From the NCBI GenBank assembly GCA_945861925.1, contig CAMAWO010000001.1, positions 1 to 57,360 of the forward strand: a stretch of 57,360 bases of DNA, written 5' to 3'. The notes below the pieces were generated by a model, which saw only the letters and a list, made by a program, of their open reading frames with translations, made no database searches and was not told the DNA's origin. The position numbers and the translations under genes were made by a program. Origin of the DNA: Bifidobacterium breve. GTDB lineage: Bacteria > Actinomycetota > Actinomycetes > S36-B12. How positions within the stretch are numbered: position 1 is the stretch's first letter; each line of letters opens with the position of its first letter. Positions 9,643 through 17,850 of the stretch are shown piece by piece.

Positions 9643-11097
9643 ATGACCTTCGAGTACGCACCAGCGCCTGAATCCCGTGCGGTCGTCGACATCGCATCCT
9701 CCTACGGCCTGTTCATCAACGGCGAGTTCACATCGCCGGTCGATGGCGGCTCGTTCAAGACCGTGAACCCCGCGACCGAGGAGGTGCTGTCGGAGATCAG
9801 CAGCGCCGGGCAGGCCGACGTCGACGCGGCCGTCAGCGCCGCCCGCCGGGCCCACGACCGGGTGTGGGGGCCGATGGCCGGACGCGACCGGGCCAAGTAC
9901 CTGTTCCGCATCGCGCGCCTCATCCAGGAGCGGTCCCGCGAACTCGCTGTCCTCGAAACCCTCGACAATGGCAAGCCGATCCGTGAGTCGCGCGATGTCG
10001 ACCTACCGCTCGTCGCCGCGCATTTCTTCTACTACGCCGGCTGGGCCGACAAACTCGAGCATGCTGGGCTCGGGTCGAACCCGCGCAGCATCGGGGTTGC
10101 GGCTCAGGTCATCCCGTGGAACTTCCCACTCCTCATGCTCGCCTGGAAGATCGCGCCCGCGCTCGCCGCCGGCAACACCGTTGTCCTGAAGCCAGCCGAG
10201 ACCACGTCGCTCACCGCCCTCGCCTTTGCCAATATCTGCCAGCAGGCAGACCTTCCGCCGGGCGTCGTGAACATCATCACCGGTGCCGGCGACACCGGCC
10301 GGATGCTCGTCGAGCACCCGGGGGTCGACAAGGTCGCCTTCACTGGCTCGACGGAGGTCGGCAAGTCGATCCAGCGGGCCGTCGCGGGCACGGATAAGCG
10401 GCTGACCCTCGAGCTCGGTGGCAAGGCCGCGAACATTGTGTTCGACGACGCACCCATTGACGAGGCAGTTGAGGGCATCGTCAACGGCATCTTCTTTAAC
10501 CAGGGACACGTGTGCTGCGCCGGTTCGCGACTACTCATCCAGGAGTCGGTCGCCGACGAGGTCCTTGAATCGCTCAAGCGCCGGCTTGGAACGTTGCGCC
10601 TCGGCGATCCGCTCGACAAGAACACCGACATCGGCGCCATTAACTCTGCGGAGCAACTTGCCCGGATCACCGAGCTGGTCGAGTCGGGCGAGCAGGAGGG
10701 CGCCGAGCGGTGGAGTCCGGAGTGCACTCTGCCTGACCGCGGCTACTGGTTCGCACCGACCATCTTCACGTCCGTCACGCAGGCGCACCGCATTGCGCGC
10801 GAGGAGATCTTCGGCCCCGTCCTGTCCGTCCTCACCTTCCGGACTCCCGACGAGGCGATCGAGAAGGCGAACAACACCCCGTTCGGGCTCTCGGCCGGCA
10901 TCTGGACCGAGAAGGGCAGTCGGATCCTGTGGATGGCGAGCCGCCTGCGCGCCGGGGTCGTCTGGGCGAACACCTTCAACCGCTTCGATCCCACAAGCCC
11001 CTTCGGTGGATTCAAAGAATCCGGGTTCGGCCGCGAGGGCGGGATACCCGGCCTGGCCGCGTACCTGCAGCCCGATGACGAAGGGCAGAGTTCATGA
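9643..11097 (+). CDS. NAD(P)-dependent aldehyde dehydrogenase (full length)
   Basis: 484 aa. It carries LELGGKAANIV (catalytic Glu) and FFNQGHVCCAGSR (catalytic Cys). Confidence 0.9.
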   Translation: MTFEYAPAPESRAVVDIASSYGLFINGEFTSPVDGGSFKTVNPATEEVLSEISSAGQADVDAAVSAARRAHDRVWGPMAGRDRAKYLFRIARLIQERSRELAVLETLDNGKPIRESRDVDLPLVAAHFFYYAGWADKLEHAGLGSNPRSIGVAAQVIPWNFPLLMLAWKIAPALAAGNTVVLKPAETTSLTALAFANICQQADLPPGVVNIITGAGDTGRMLVEHPGVDKVAFTGSTEVGKSIQRAVAGTDKRLTLELGGKAANIVFDDAPIDEAVEGIVNGIFFNQGHVCCAGSRLLIQESVADEVLESLKRRLGTLRLGDPLDKNTDIGAINSAEQLARITELVESGEQEGAERWSPECTLPDRGYWFAPTIFTSVTQAHRIAREEIFGPVLSVLTFRTPDEAIEKANNTPFGLSAGIWTEKGSRILWMASRLRAGVVWANTFNRFDPTSPFGGFKESGFGREGGIPGLAAYLQPDDEGQSS

Positions 11098-11113
11098 ACG
11101 AAAGGCAAAGCGC

Positions 11114-11980
11114 ATGAGCGAACGGGTCGAGGTCCGCAAGACCTACAAGCTCTTTGTCGGCGGCGCCTTTCCGCGCAGCGAGTCCGGACGCACCTACGAG
11201 GCCCTCGACTTCCAGGGTGCCTTCCTCGCCAATGCCGCGAAGGCGAGTCGAAAGGACGGACGCGATGCCGTGCTCGCCGCCCGTAAGTCTTTCGGAGCCT
11301 GGAGCACCGCGACCGCCTACAACCGCGGCCAGGTGCTCTACCGGATTGCCGAGGTCATGGAGGGCCGGCGCGACCAGTTCATCGCTGACGTCCAGTCCGC
11401 CGAGGGTGTGGGCGACACGATGGCACCGCTTCTCGTCGACGCCGCGATCGATCGATGGGTCTGGTACGCCGGCTGGGCCGACAAGGTTGCGCAGGTGCTC
11501 GGCACGACGAACCCGGTCGCCGGGCCCTACTTCAACTTCTCGATCCCCGAGCCAACGGGTGTGGTCGTCGCCGTGGCGCCGCAGGCATCAAGTCTGCTCG
11601 GGCTGGTGAGCGTGATCGCGCCGATCATCGTCACGGGCAATGCCTGCGTCGTCATCGCGAGCACCGAGCGTCCGCTCCCCGCGATCACCCTCACCGAGGT
11701 GCTCGCGACCTCCGATGTCATCGGCGGGGTCATCAACGTGCTCACCGGAGACCCGGCCGAGATCATGCCCTGGCTCGCCAGCCATGCCGATGTCAACGCG
11801 CTCGACCTCACCGGCATCACCGACCCGGCCCTCGCCGTCGAGCTTGAGATCGCGGCGGCCGGCACCGTCAAGCGCGTGCGACGAGCGGCTCCGGATGAGG
11901 ATTGGAGCGTGCCCCCGACGCTCTCCCGGATCCGGGGCTTCGTCGAGACGAAGACCGTCTGGCATCCACTCGGCGTGTAG
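11114..11980 (+). CDS. aldehyde-dehydrogenase-like protein lacking the catalytic domain
   Basis: 288 aa. The N-terminal ALDH cofactor-domain pattern is present (KLFVGGAF...GVVVAVAPQ...). The ALDH-like tail ETKTVW is present. There is no ELGGK or catalytic Cys segment. Confidence 0.75.
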   Translation: MSERVEVRKTYKLFVGGAFPRSESGRTYEALDFQGAFLANAAKASRKDGRDAVLAARKSFGAWSTATAYNRGQVLYRIAEVMEGRRDQFIADVQSAEGVGDTMAPLLVDAAIDRWVWYAGWADKVAQVLGTTNPVAGPYFNFSIPEPTGVVVAVAPQASSLLGLVSVIAPIIVTGNACVVIASTERPLPAITLTEVLATSDVIGGVINVLTGDPAEIMPWLASHADVNALDLTGITDPALAVELEIAAAGTVKRVRRAAPDEDWSVPPTLSRIRGFVETKTVWHPLGV

Positions 11981-12041
11981 CCGCGGTGCTTGACCTTCGG
12001 CGGCGCTAGTGAAATCTTGCACCGCTTCATGCGTATTGACA

Positions 12042-12070
12042 TTGAAAGATGCAGAGTTGCATGTTAGATT
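12042..12070 (+). promoter_or_regulatory. putative vapBC promoter with operator palindrome in the spacer
   Basis: TTGAAA (12042-12047), 17 nt, then TAGATT (12065-12070). The spacer contains ATGCAGAGTTGCAT (5-bp arms). The ATG is at 12077, only 6 nt after the -10 box. Confidence 0.35.
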
Positions 12071-12076
12071 CGTGTT

Positions 12077-12343
12077 ATGGGAAAGACGGTGCAGATTCGC
12101 GATCTCGACGACGACGTCTACAGGGCGCTCGCGCAGCAGGCAGCTGATGATGGACTTTCCGTCCCCGAACTCCTGAGGCGCGAGGCCACCCGACTTGCCT
12201 CGAGGCCCAGCATGAGCCAGTGGCTCAACCGAGTTGCCATGCATCCACTGCGAACCGGCGCGTTCGATACAGCGGCGGCACTTGACGAGATTCGTGGCCC
12301 ATGGCCCGTAGCCAGCACGACGGCCGACAGTGCTCGTCCCTGA
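12077..12343 (+). CDS. vapB: ribbon-helix-helix (FitA/VapB-type) antitoxin
   Basis: 88 aa. The N-terminus TVQIRDLDDDVYRALAQQAADDGLSVPELLRRE fits the RHH pattern. It overlaps the downstream PIN gene by 14 nt. Confidence 0.75.
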   Translation: MGKTVQIRDLDDDVYRALAQQAADDGLSVPELLRREATRLASRPSMSQWLNRVAMHPLRTGAFDTAAALDEIRGPWPVASTTADSARP

Positions 12344-12722
12344 CGCATCCTGCCTCGTCGAGGCCTTGATTGATGGGCCACTACGACTTGAGGCCCTCCA
12401 CCGGCTCTCCGCCGATCGGGAGCAGGTCGTGCCACACATTCTTGACGTGGAGGTCCTCGGGATAATCCTTGGGCTCGGTCGGCGTGGTCTGCTGGACGAG
12501 ACCTCCGCTCGACGGGCTCTCGTTGATCTCGACGAGTGGCCCTGTGAGCGTGTGCCACACGGCCCCTTTCTTGAGCGTGCCTGGGAATTACGTCACAATG
12601 TCCGCGGTTGGGACGCGATGTACGTCGCGTTGGCCGAAATCCTGGACGCGACGCTGCTCACGACGGACCGGCGCCTCGCGCGGGCGGCAGGTCCGCGCTG
12701 CCGAATCGAACTACTGTTGTGA
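12330..12722 (+). CDS. vapC: PIN-domain ribonuclease toxin
   Basis: The N-terminus VLVPDASCLVEAL carries the first PIN Asp. WDAMYVALAE and LLTTDRRL are the later acidic motifs. Confidence 0.85.
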   Translation: MLVPDASCLVEALIDGPLRLEALHRLSADREQVVPHILDVEVLGIILGLGRRGLLDETSARRALVDLDEWPCERVPHGPFLERAWELRHNVRGWDAMYVALAEILDATLLTTDRRLARAAGPRCRIELLL

Positions 12723-13049
12723 CGAGTCGCCGCCCTATCGGGGCCCCAGTGACGTAGCGATCCGACAACATCACCGAGAAGGCACGCATCGTCTCTAGTG
12801 CAGATTGCAGTGCGGCACAGCGAGGATCCGGTCGTCGACGCTGCGCCGATTCCACGCTCAACGCCTATTTGGACCACGTTTGAATGCCTCTTTGGACCAA
12901 GCGACAGATGCGCTGATCCTCGCCATTTCTGGTGACCTGTCTCAGTCCACGGGTGGGCTCGCCCGCCACATCCCAGCAGGGGGGCGTGCCAATCCAGTTG
13001 GTACGTTCCCGTCATCAACAGGATCACGCTGAAGGATCAGGACGGGGAC

Positions 13050-13540
13050 GTGCTCTCCTTCGTCGAGGGTACGCGTAATGGACGACGGCTGGCAGACCTC
13101 GCCGAGGTTGCCCAACGGCGCAGCCCCGATGACGCCGCGCGAGCCGTCGCGGACCAGTGCCCCGGCTGGTGCGTGTCGACCCGTGACGAGCAACTATCCG
13201 CAGCCCTATGGGAAGCCGGCGCCGACCTGACTCGGCACGTCCACCTCATGGTCACGTCCACCCAACCCGGCAGACACGACCACCCCACCGACGTCCTCGC
13301 GAGCGTGACCCTTCACCAGTTCGCCGATTTCGACTGGGCCGACATCATCCCGAGTTGGAAGGCCGCTTACCCGGTGGGCCACCCCGATCATGTGGTCGGC
13401 ACAGACACCGACCTCGTCGATATCGAACTGCGGCCCTACGTCGAGGCCGCAGCGCTCGGGCCAGTTCATCGATCGACCACCCTCGCCGTCATCGAGGAGC
13501 GCGTCGTCGGGGCAATCGTCATCAGCCTTAGGCCTAGGGT
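13050..13540 (+). pseudogene. GNAT-family acetyltransferase remnant (3' part replaced)
   Basis: The first roughly 160 codons look protein-like (AAYPVGHPDH...LAVIEERVVGAIVISL). Past about 13540 the frame becomes Arg/Ser/Pro-rich antisense of the better - strand ORF. Confidence 0.35.
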
Positions 13541-14083
13541 TTCGGCCCAGTCGGATGCAGCCACGAGGACCGGACGCTCACGACCGGCCAGCAACAGGGA
13601 GATCGGCGCAGCGCCAACCTCTGTGTCGTCGCTCACGAGCCACGATGCCACCGTCCATCGCGAGACGAGGTCGGCCGGCAGCAGCTCGAGAACCTCGGCG
13701 AGCCCGGCAACCACTCCGTGGCCGTCGAACTGGAATGCCGGATACACCACCCGCCCAGAGCCAGTGGTGAGAGCCAGCAAACCTCGGCGTTGCGACACGG
13801 CCTGCTTGCTCACCGGCTGGCCCGGTGCACCGAGCACCTCGCGCACGCCGTTCACGTCGAAGCAGGGGCCAAGGTGCTCCTGCCACCGGGTGGCATCGTC
13901 GAGCATGCGGCCAGATACCGCCTTTGCCAGTTCGCGAGCATCGGCGCCACCGGCCAGCGCACCCGCCGGATCATGGCCCCGCAGCTCCAGCAGCAGCGCC
14001 AGAGCCGCCTCGACATGGGAAGCAGGGGCGCCGGCGAGCGCCCTGCCCATCTCGACCTCGAGGCGGGTTGCCACCATCGTCAT
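13466..14083 (-). CDS. hypothetical protein with HTH-like centre and an Xre/MbcA/ParS-antitoxin-like C-terminal segment
   Basis: 205 aa. Contains QPVSKQAVSQRRGLLALTTGSGRVVYPAFQF, then WTVASWLVSDDTEVGAAPISLLLAG. Its last roughly 20 codons are antisense to the GNAT remnant. Confidence 0.55.
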   Translation of the reverse strand: MTMVATRLEVEMGRALAGAPASHVEAALALLLELRGHDPAGALAGGADARELAKAVSGRMLDDATRWQEHLGPCFDVNGVREVLGAPGQPVSKQAVSQRRGLLALTTGSGRVVYPAFQFDGHGVVAGLAEVLELLPADLVSRWTVASWLVSDDTEVGAAPISLLLAGRERPVLVAASDWAETLGLRLMTIAPTTRSSMTARVVDR

Positions 14084-14136
14084 GCGTGCAGATTAGTAAA
14101 GGCTGTCAATGTTTTGCGCGGAACCCGCACCGCTCG

Positions 14137-14400
14137 TCAGTCGACTTCCTCCGCCGAGTGACGCCGCTTGCGCATCACGATGACCACGCCGGCACCGATG
14201 ACCACTGCCCCGAGCACGCCGAGCACGATCGGCCCCCAGGTGCGGCTCGTCTTGATCGCGGACTCGGCCCGCTCGAGGGTCTCATCTGCCACCCCCAGCA
14301 CGGCATCGGTGCGGTCGAGCACCGCGCGGAAACGTCCGAGCTCCTCTCGAAGATCGGCGACATGCCCTTGGTTAGATTCGACAACGTCGAGTAACGACAT
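14137..14400 (-). CDS. small C-terminally membrane-anchored protein
   Basis: 87 aa with a coiled N-terminal part, the TM segment GPIVLGVLGAVVIGAGVVIV, then MRKRRH. It starts 3 nt after the add stop. Confidence 0.6.
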   Translation of the reverse strand: MSLLDVVESNQGHVADLREELGRFRAVLDRTDAVLGVADETLERAESAIKTSRTWGPIVLGVLGAVVIGAGVVIVMRKRRHSAEEVD

Positions 14401-14403
14401 CGT

Positions 14404-15540
14404 TCACTCCCTCCCGGTGAGGCGGTCCGCAAGGACGGCCTTGAGTGCCGAGTACTGCGGCTTGATCTGTTCATTGATCATCGTAAGCCGCTCATCGAAG
14501 GGCAGGAATGCACTCTTCATGGCATTGAGGGTGAACCACTGCAGATCGTTCAGCCCGTAGCCGAAGGCGTTGCTCAGCAGTTCCATCTCGCGCGACATCG
14601 AGGTGCCCGACATCAACCGGTTATCGGTATTGACGGTCACGCGAAAGCCCAGACGCCGGAGCAGACCGATCGGGTGCTGCTCGATGGAAGGTGCGGCCCC
14701 GGTCTGGATATTCGAGGACGGGCACATTTCCAGCGGGATGCGTTGGTCGCGGACGTACGCGGCGAGCCGACCGAGCGTGACCGAGCCATCAGGCTCGACC
14801 GTGATGTCGTCGACAATCCGCACGCCGTGGCCGAGACGGTCGGCGCCGCACCACTGGATCGCCTCCCAGATCGACGGCAGCCCGAACGCCTCCCCCGCAT
14901 GGATGGTGAAGTGGGCGTTCTCGCGGCGCAGGTACTCGAATGCGTCGAGGTGGCGGGTGGGAGGGAACCCCGCCTCAGCGCCAGCGATGTCAAACCCGAC
15001 GACCCCTAGGTCGCGGTACTTGACTGCTAGTTCGGCGATCTGGCGCGAGTGGGTCGCGGTGCGCATCGCGGTCAGGAGGACCCCGATTTTAATGCGATGC
15101 CCGGACGCTTCAGCCGCGCGCTGCCCCTCGGAAAAGCCGGCGAGCACCGCCTCGACAATGGCATCGAGCGACAGACCCTGCTCAACGTGCAACTCGGGGG
15201 CGTAGCGGATCTCGGCATAGACAACACCGTCGGCCGCGAGATCCTCCGCGCACTCGCGCGCCACCCGGCGCAGCGCAGGCTCGGTCTGGGTTACGCCGAC
15301 GGTGTGCTTGAAGGTCTCGAGGTAGCGCTCGAGGGAGCCGGAGTACGCGGCATCGGCGAACCAGGTGCCGAGCGAGGCTGCATCACTCGCAGGCAACCCC
15401 TGATAGCCGAATTCCTCGGCAAGGTCGAGCACCGTCTGGGGGCGCAGGCCCCCGTCGAGGTGATCGTGGAGCAGCACCTTGGGGGCGCGCACGATGAGGT
15501 CACTCGGGACTGGGGAGTAGGTACCGCCATCAACAACCAT
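14404..15540 (-). CDS. add: adenosine deaminase
   Basis: [16 protein letters not shown] and TVNTDNRL motifs are present. Confidence 0.95.
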   Translation of the reverse strand: MVVDGGTYSPVPSDLIVRAPKVLLHDHLDGGLRPQTVLDLAEEFGYQGLPASDAASLGTWFADAAYSGSLERYLETFKHTVGVTQTEPALRRVARECAEDLAADGVVYAEIRYAPELHVEQGLSLDAIVEAVLAGFSEGQRAAEASGHRIKIGVLLTAMRTATHSRQIAELAVKYRDLGVVGFDIAGAEAGFPPTRHLDAFEYLRRENAHFTIHAGEAFGLPSIWEAIQWCGADRLGHGVRIVDDITVEPDGSVTLGRLAAYVRDQRIPLEMCPSSNIQTGAAPSIEQHPIGLLRRLGFRVTVNTDNRLMSGTSMSREMELLSNAFGYGLNDLQWFTLNAMKSAFLPFDERLTMINEQIKPQYSALKAVLADRLTGRE

Positions 15541-15542
15541 GG

Positions 15543-15839
15543 ATGGAACCTATCCCCCGCAGCCCGATGTTGAGCAATGAGAGGCTCGCCCTCCCTCGAG
15601 GCACCGACATCACCCATCACCTGAGCGTCTTGGAGAGCGCCGGGTATCTCACGAAGGTCGATGACACCTTCTCAACGCGCAAGCCCGTGTGGCGCATCGC
15701 AGACCAGTTCATCAGGTTCGAGCGGGCCGTCATGCGACCCGTATTGTCACGCCTCAACACGACGAACGATGTCACGTCAATCTGGGAGTAGCAGCAAGGT
15801 TCCTTCCGCAGCGAGGTCATCGGACCTCAATTCGAGTGA
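15543..15839 (+). pseudogene. C-terminal remnant of an ATPase/DUF234-type wHTH protein, 5'-truncated with in-frame stops
   Basis: ITHHLSVLESAGYLTKVDD...WRIADQFIRFERAVMRPV...IWE(TAG 15789)QQGSFRSEVIGPQFE(TGA 15837). It begins 2 nt from the add start codon. Confidence 0.45.
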
Positions 15840-16314
15840 CGCGTTAAAGCCCGTAGTGCACAACTCCAAGTAAAAGGAGGCTGCGGGTGAGCTCATCTCG
15901 ATGTCGTCGTCGACGACCTCGAGGTCGAAGTTCACCGTGACGTCCGCGGCGACCACACCGCCGTTCACTCCGACCCCGTCGGCAACGAATTCTGCGTCGT
16001 GCAACGCTGGGCGGCTATAACGACATCACGTGACCACCCCGAAGAGCTTCACCCCGCACCATGACCCCGCCCCGAATCCCTGACGGCCACCTTCACGAGC
16101 ACACGACTTCGGCCCGATTGTGTGCGCCCTGCGGGCACCGCCCGGGACCGCCGGTTACGAGGCGGGTCCAGTCTGTCGCGGCTACGCGCGTTATAGCGTT
16201 GCGACGATCAGCACCGTCTTGTGGCGGATTGTGCCTCGACATTCGAAGCCGCCGAGACCCGTCGACGAAATCGTCCAACCAGGTGTCGTCCCGCACTCGC
16301 ACATCCTCGAATCA

Positions 16315-16650
16315 TCAGAGGTCGAGACGCTCGACGGATTGGTTGGTGATCGCCGCGATGAGCAGATTAGGAATCGACGGTGCTCGCTGTTGCCCACGGT
16401 CCTCAAGCAGCATCTGAATCTCGACGGCGCGAGCTTCGACCGCTGGCGTGATGGACTCGACCGTCATCGATGACACCGGCGGTTCACCGAGCGTGGCGCG
16501 GTGATCAGAGCCACGACGAGTGGAGTAGCCGATCTCGAGCAGGGTGACGGTCGAGATCCTGACAAGGCCGCGTTGGATGCGCTACAGCCACTCGTCGCTG
16601 GCGGTGTTGATGCGGTTGAGTGCTGACTTGTCGATGAGCCAGTTGGTCAC
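16315..16650 (-). pseudogene. vapC: PIN-domain VapC toxin inactivated by nonsense codons
   Basis: The GTG start overlaps the antitoxin stop (GTGA). The translation reads VTNWLIDKSALNRINTASDEWL(TAG, 16582-16584)RIQRGLVRISTVTLLEIGYS...IPNLLIAAITNQSVERLDL(TGA TGA, 16312-16317)FEDVRV...TWL, all in one frame. Confidence 0.7.
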
Positions 16651-16859
16651 CGCCTAGCGGCTGCCATCACCTCGGGATCACCCAAATCAGCGGTGCGTTC
16701 GACGAAGCGGTCGAGTTGCTCGCGTGTCAGCGCCCGACCTTGCTGTTCGGCGAGAACCCGGCGCAGATACTCCGCTCTCGTCACACCGGCGCGTTGAGCG
16801 TTGGCGTTGAGCGCCGCCACAACTTCGTCGGGTACATCTCTGATGAGGATATCGGTCAT
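16647..16859 (-). CDS. vapB: ribbon-helix-helix antitoxin (intact)
   Basis: 70 aa. MTDILIRDVPDEVVAALNANAQRAGVTRAEYLRRVL belongs to the same RHH family as the 12077 gene. Confidence 0.75.
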   Translation of the reverse strand: MTDILIRDVPDEVVAALNANAQRAGVTRAEYLRRVLAEQQGRALTREQLDRFVERTADLGDPEVMAAARR

Positions 16860-16880
16860 ACAGCCAAGGATATCGCGCTG

Positions 16881-17139
16881 TTACGGGAACGAGCGCAAGA
16901 ATCGGTCGCCTACCTGAGGCCGCCTGCCCTGCCATCCAAGATCACCGCCGAGGGTTCCGCCCGGAACGACCAGATGTTCCACCCAACAACGGCCCGCCCA
17001 TGCACTCGAGTTCGTCAGACCCGCGGCGTCGCCGGCCACCATCAGCGTCCGTGAAGGGTTCGGCAATCACGTGCAAGCGCCCTACGCGCTTCGCCGGATC
17101 TCGGGCGGGTCGGATCGTGAACGAAGTATGCAGGTTCAA
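16881..17139 (-). pseudogene. short fragment of an FAD-dependent oxidoreductase (geranylgeranyl-reductase-like)
   Basis: Two overlapping - strand frames give ...LHVIAEPF / RTLMVAGDAAGLTNSS..., resembling the GDAAG FAD motif. The piece is far too short for a full gene. Confidence 0.25.
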
Positions 17140-17194
17140 GCCGCCGCTTGGGTGAGAAGGCCGCCAGCCACACCCAGTGGGAGTTCGCGATCGG

Positions 17195-17608
17195 TCAGAG
17201 GAGGGATCCGCCGAGTTCCAAGATGGCGGCGTGCTCGCCGATCTTCCGGCTGCGGGTGGCGGCCCGCTTGACGTTGCCGAGCCGAAACACGAACGCGAAG
17301 CGGTTCTGCTTCGACAGCCCGGCGAATGTCGAGCGCAGCTTGAAAGCCCTCGGGAACCTGATCATCCTTTGCCTGTACGCATTGTCCCACCGGCCGTCAG
17401 CCTTGGCACGATCGACTTCAGCTTGACCGCCCGGTCGCATGCGCCCTTCCTCGATAAGTCGAGCGACGTGTTCACGATTCACCTTCGACCACGGGCTCCG
17501 GGATCGGCGCGGCGTGAATGCCTGAAGAAAGTAGTCCTAGCTGTCCGATTGCATCTGTCCATCGATCCAGCCCTGACAGAGCGCTACATCGAGCGCCTCG
17601 GCGGAGCC
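17195..17608 (-). pseudogene. YdeI/OmpD-associated family gene with in-frame stops and local frame disruption
   Basis: SAEALDVALCQGWIDGQMQSDS(TAG 17537-17539)DYFLQAFTPRRSRSPWSKVNREHVARLIEEGRMRPGG...FAGLSKQNRFAFVFRLGNVKRAATRSRKI. A TGA sits at 17609-17611 just upstream. The expected VPEGFQAAL segment lies in a different frame. Confidence 0.55.
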
Positions 17609-17850
17609 TCAGGCATCGACATTTCGAGGACCGGGCTCGCCTTCTACTCAGGCAGTGCCAGAGGGGGCGGACGCCGGCGAGAAGTGCCCCAGACGTCATC
17701 CATGTCGATCTTGCCGAGATGTACGGATCGCCGCCGGCGCAGGGGTAAGGCTGACGTCACGCGACCACCGCACGCGAATGAGCTCCCCAGAATGGCACCC
17801 AACAGCTTGGACACGTCAGTACCCTTGGTCGCGTGACGAGGAAGAACAGC

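Noticed and set aside
12723-13049. Possible tRNA, att site or integrase remnant in the 330-bp non-coding stretch after vapC
   Set aside because: I could not fold any cloverleaf, nor find integrase-like translation in any frame. Only a 9-bp direct repeat (TTTGGACCA) stands out.
13541-14096. 3' two-thirds of the 348-aa + strand ORF
   Set aside because: The composition is Ser/Arg/Pro/Ala-rich and lacks any motif. The opposite-strand ORF (13466..14083) has the more protein-like sequence.
17136-17482. 95-aa intact-looking ORF (17195..17482) as a functional small YdeI-domain gene
   Set aside because: Homology clearly continues upstream across in-frame TAG and TGA codons. The VPEGFQAAL segment expected in the middle lies in another frame, so the ORF is the tail of a disrupted gene.
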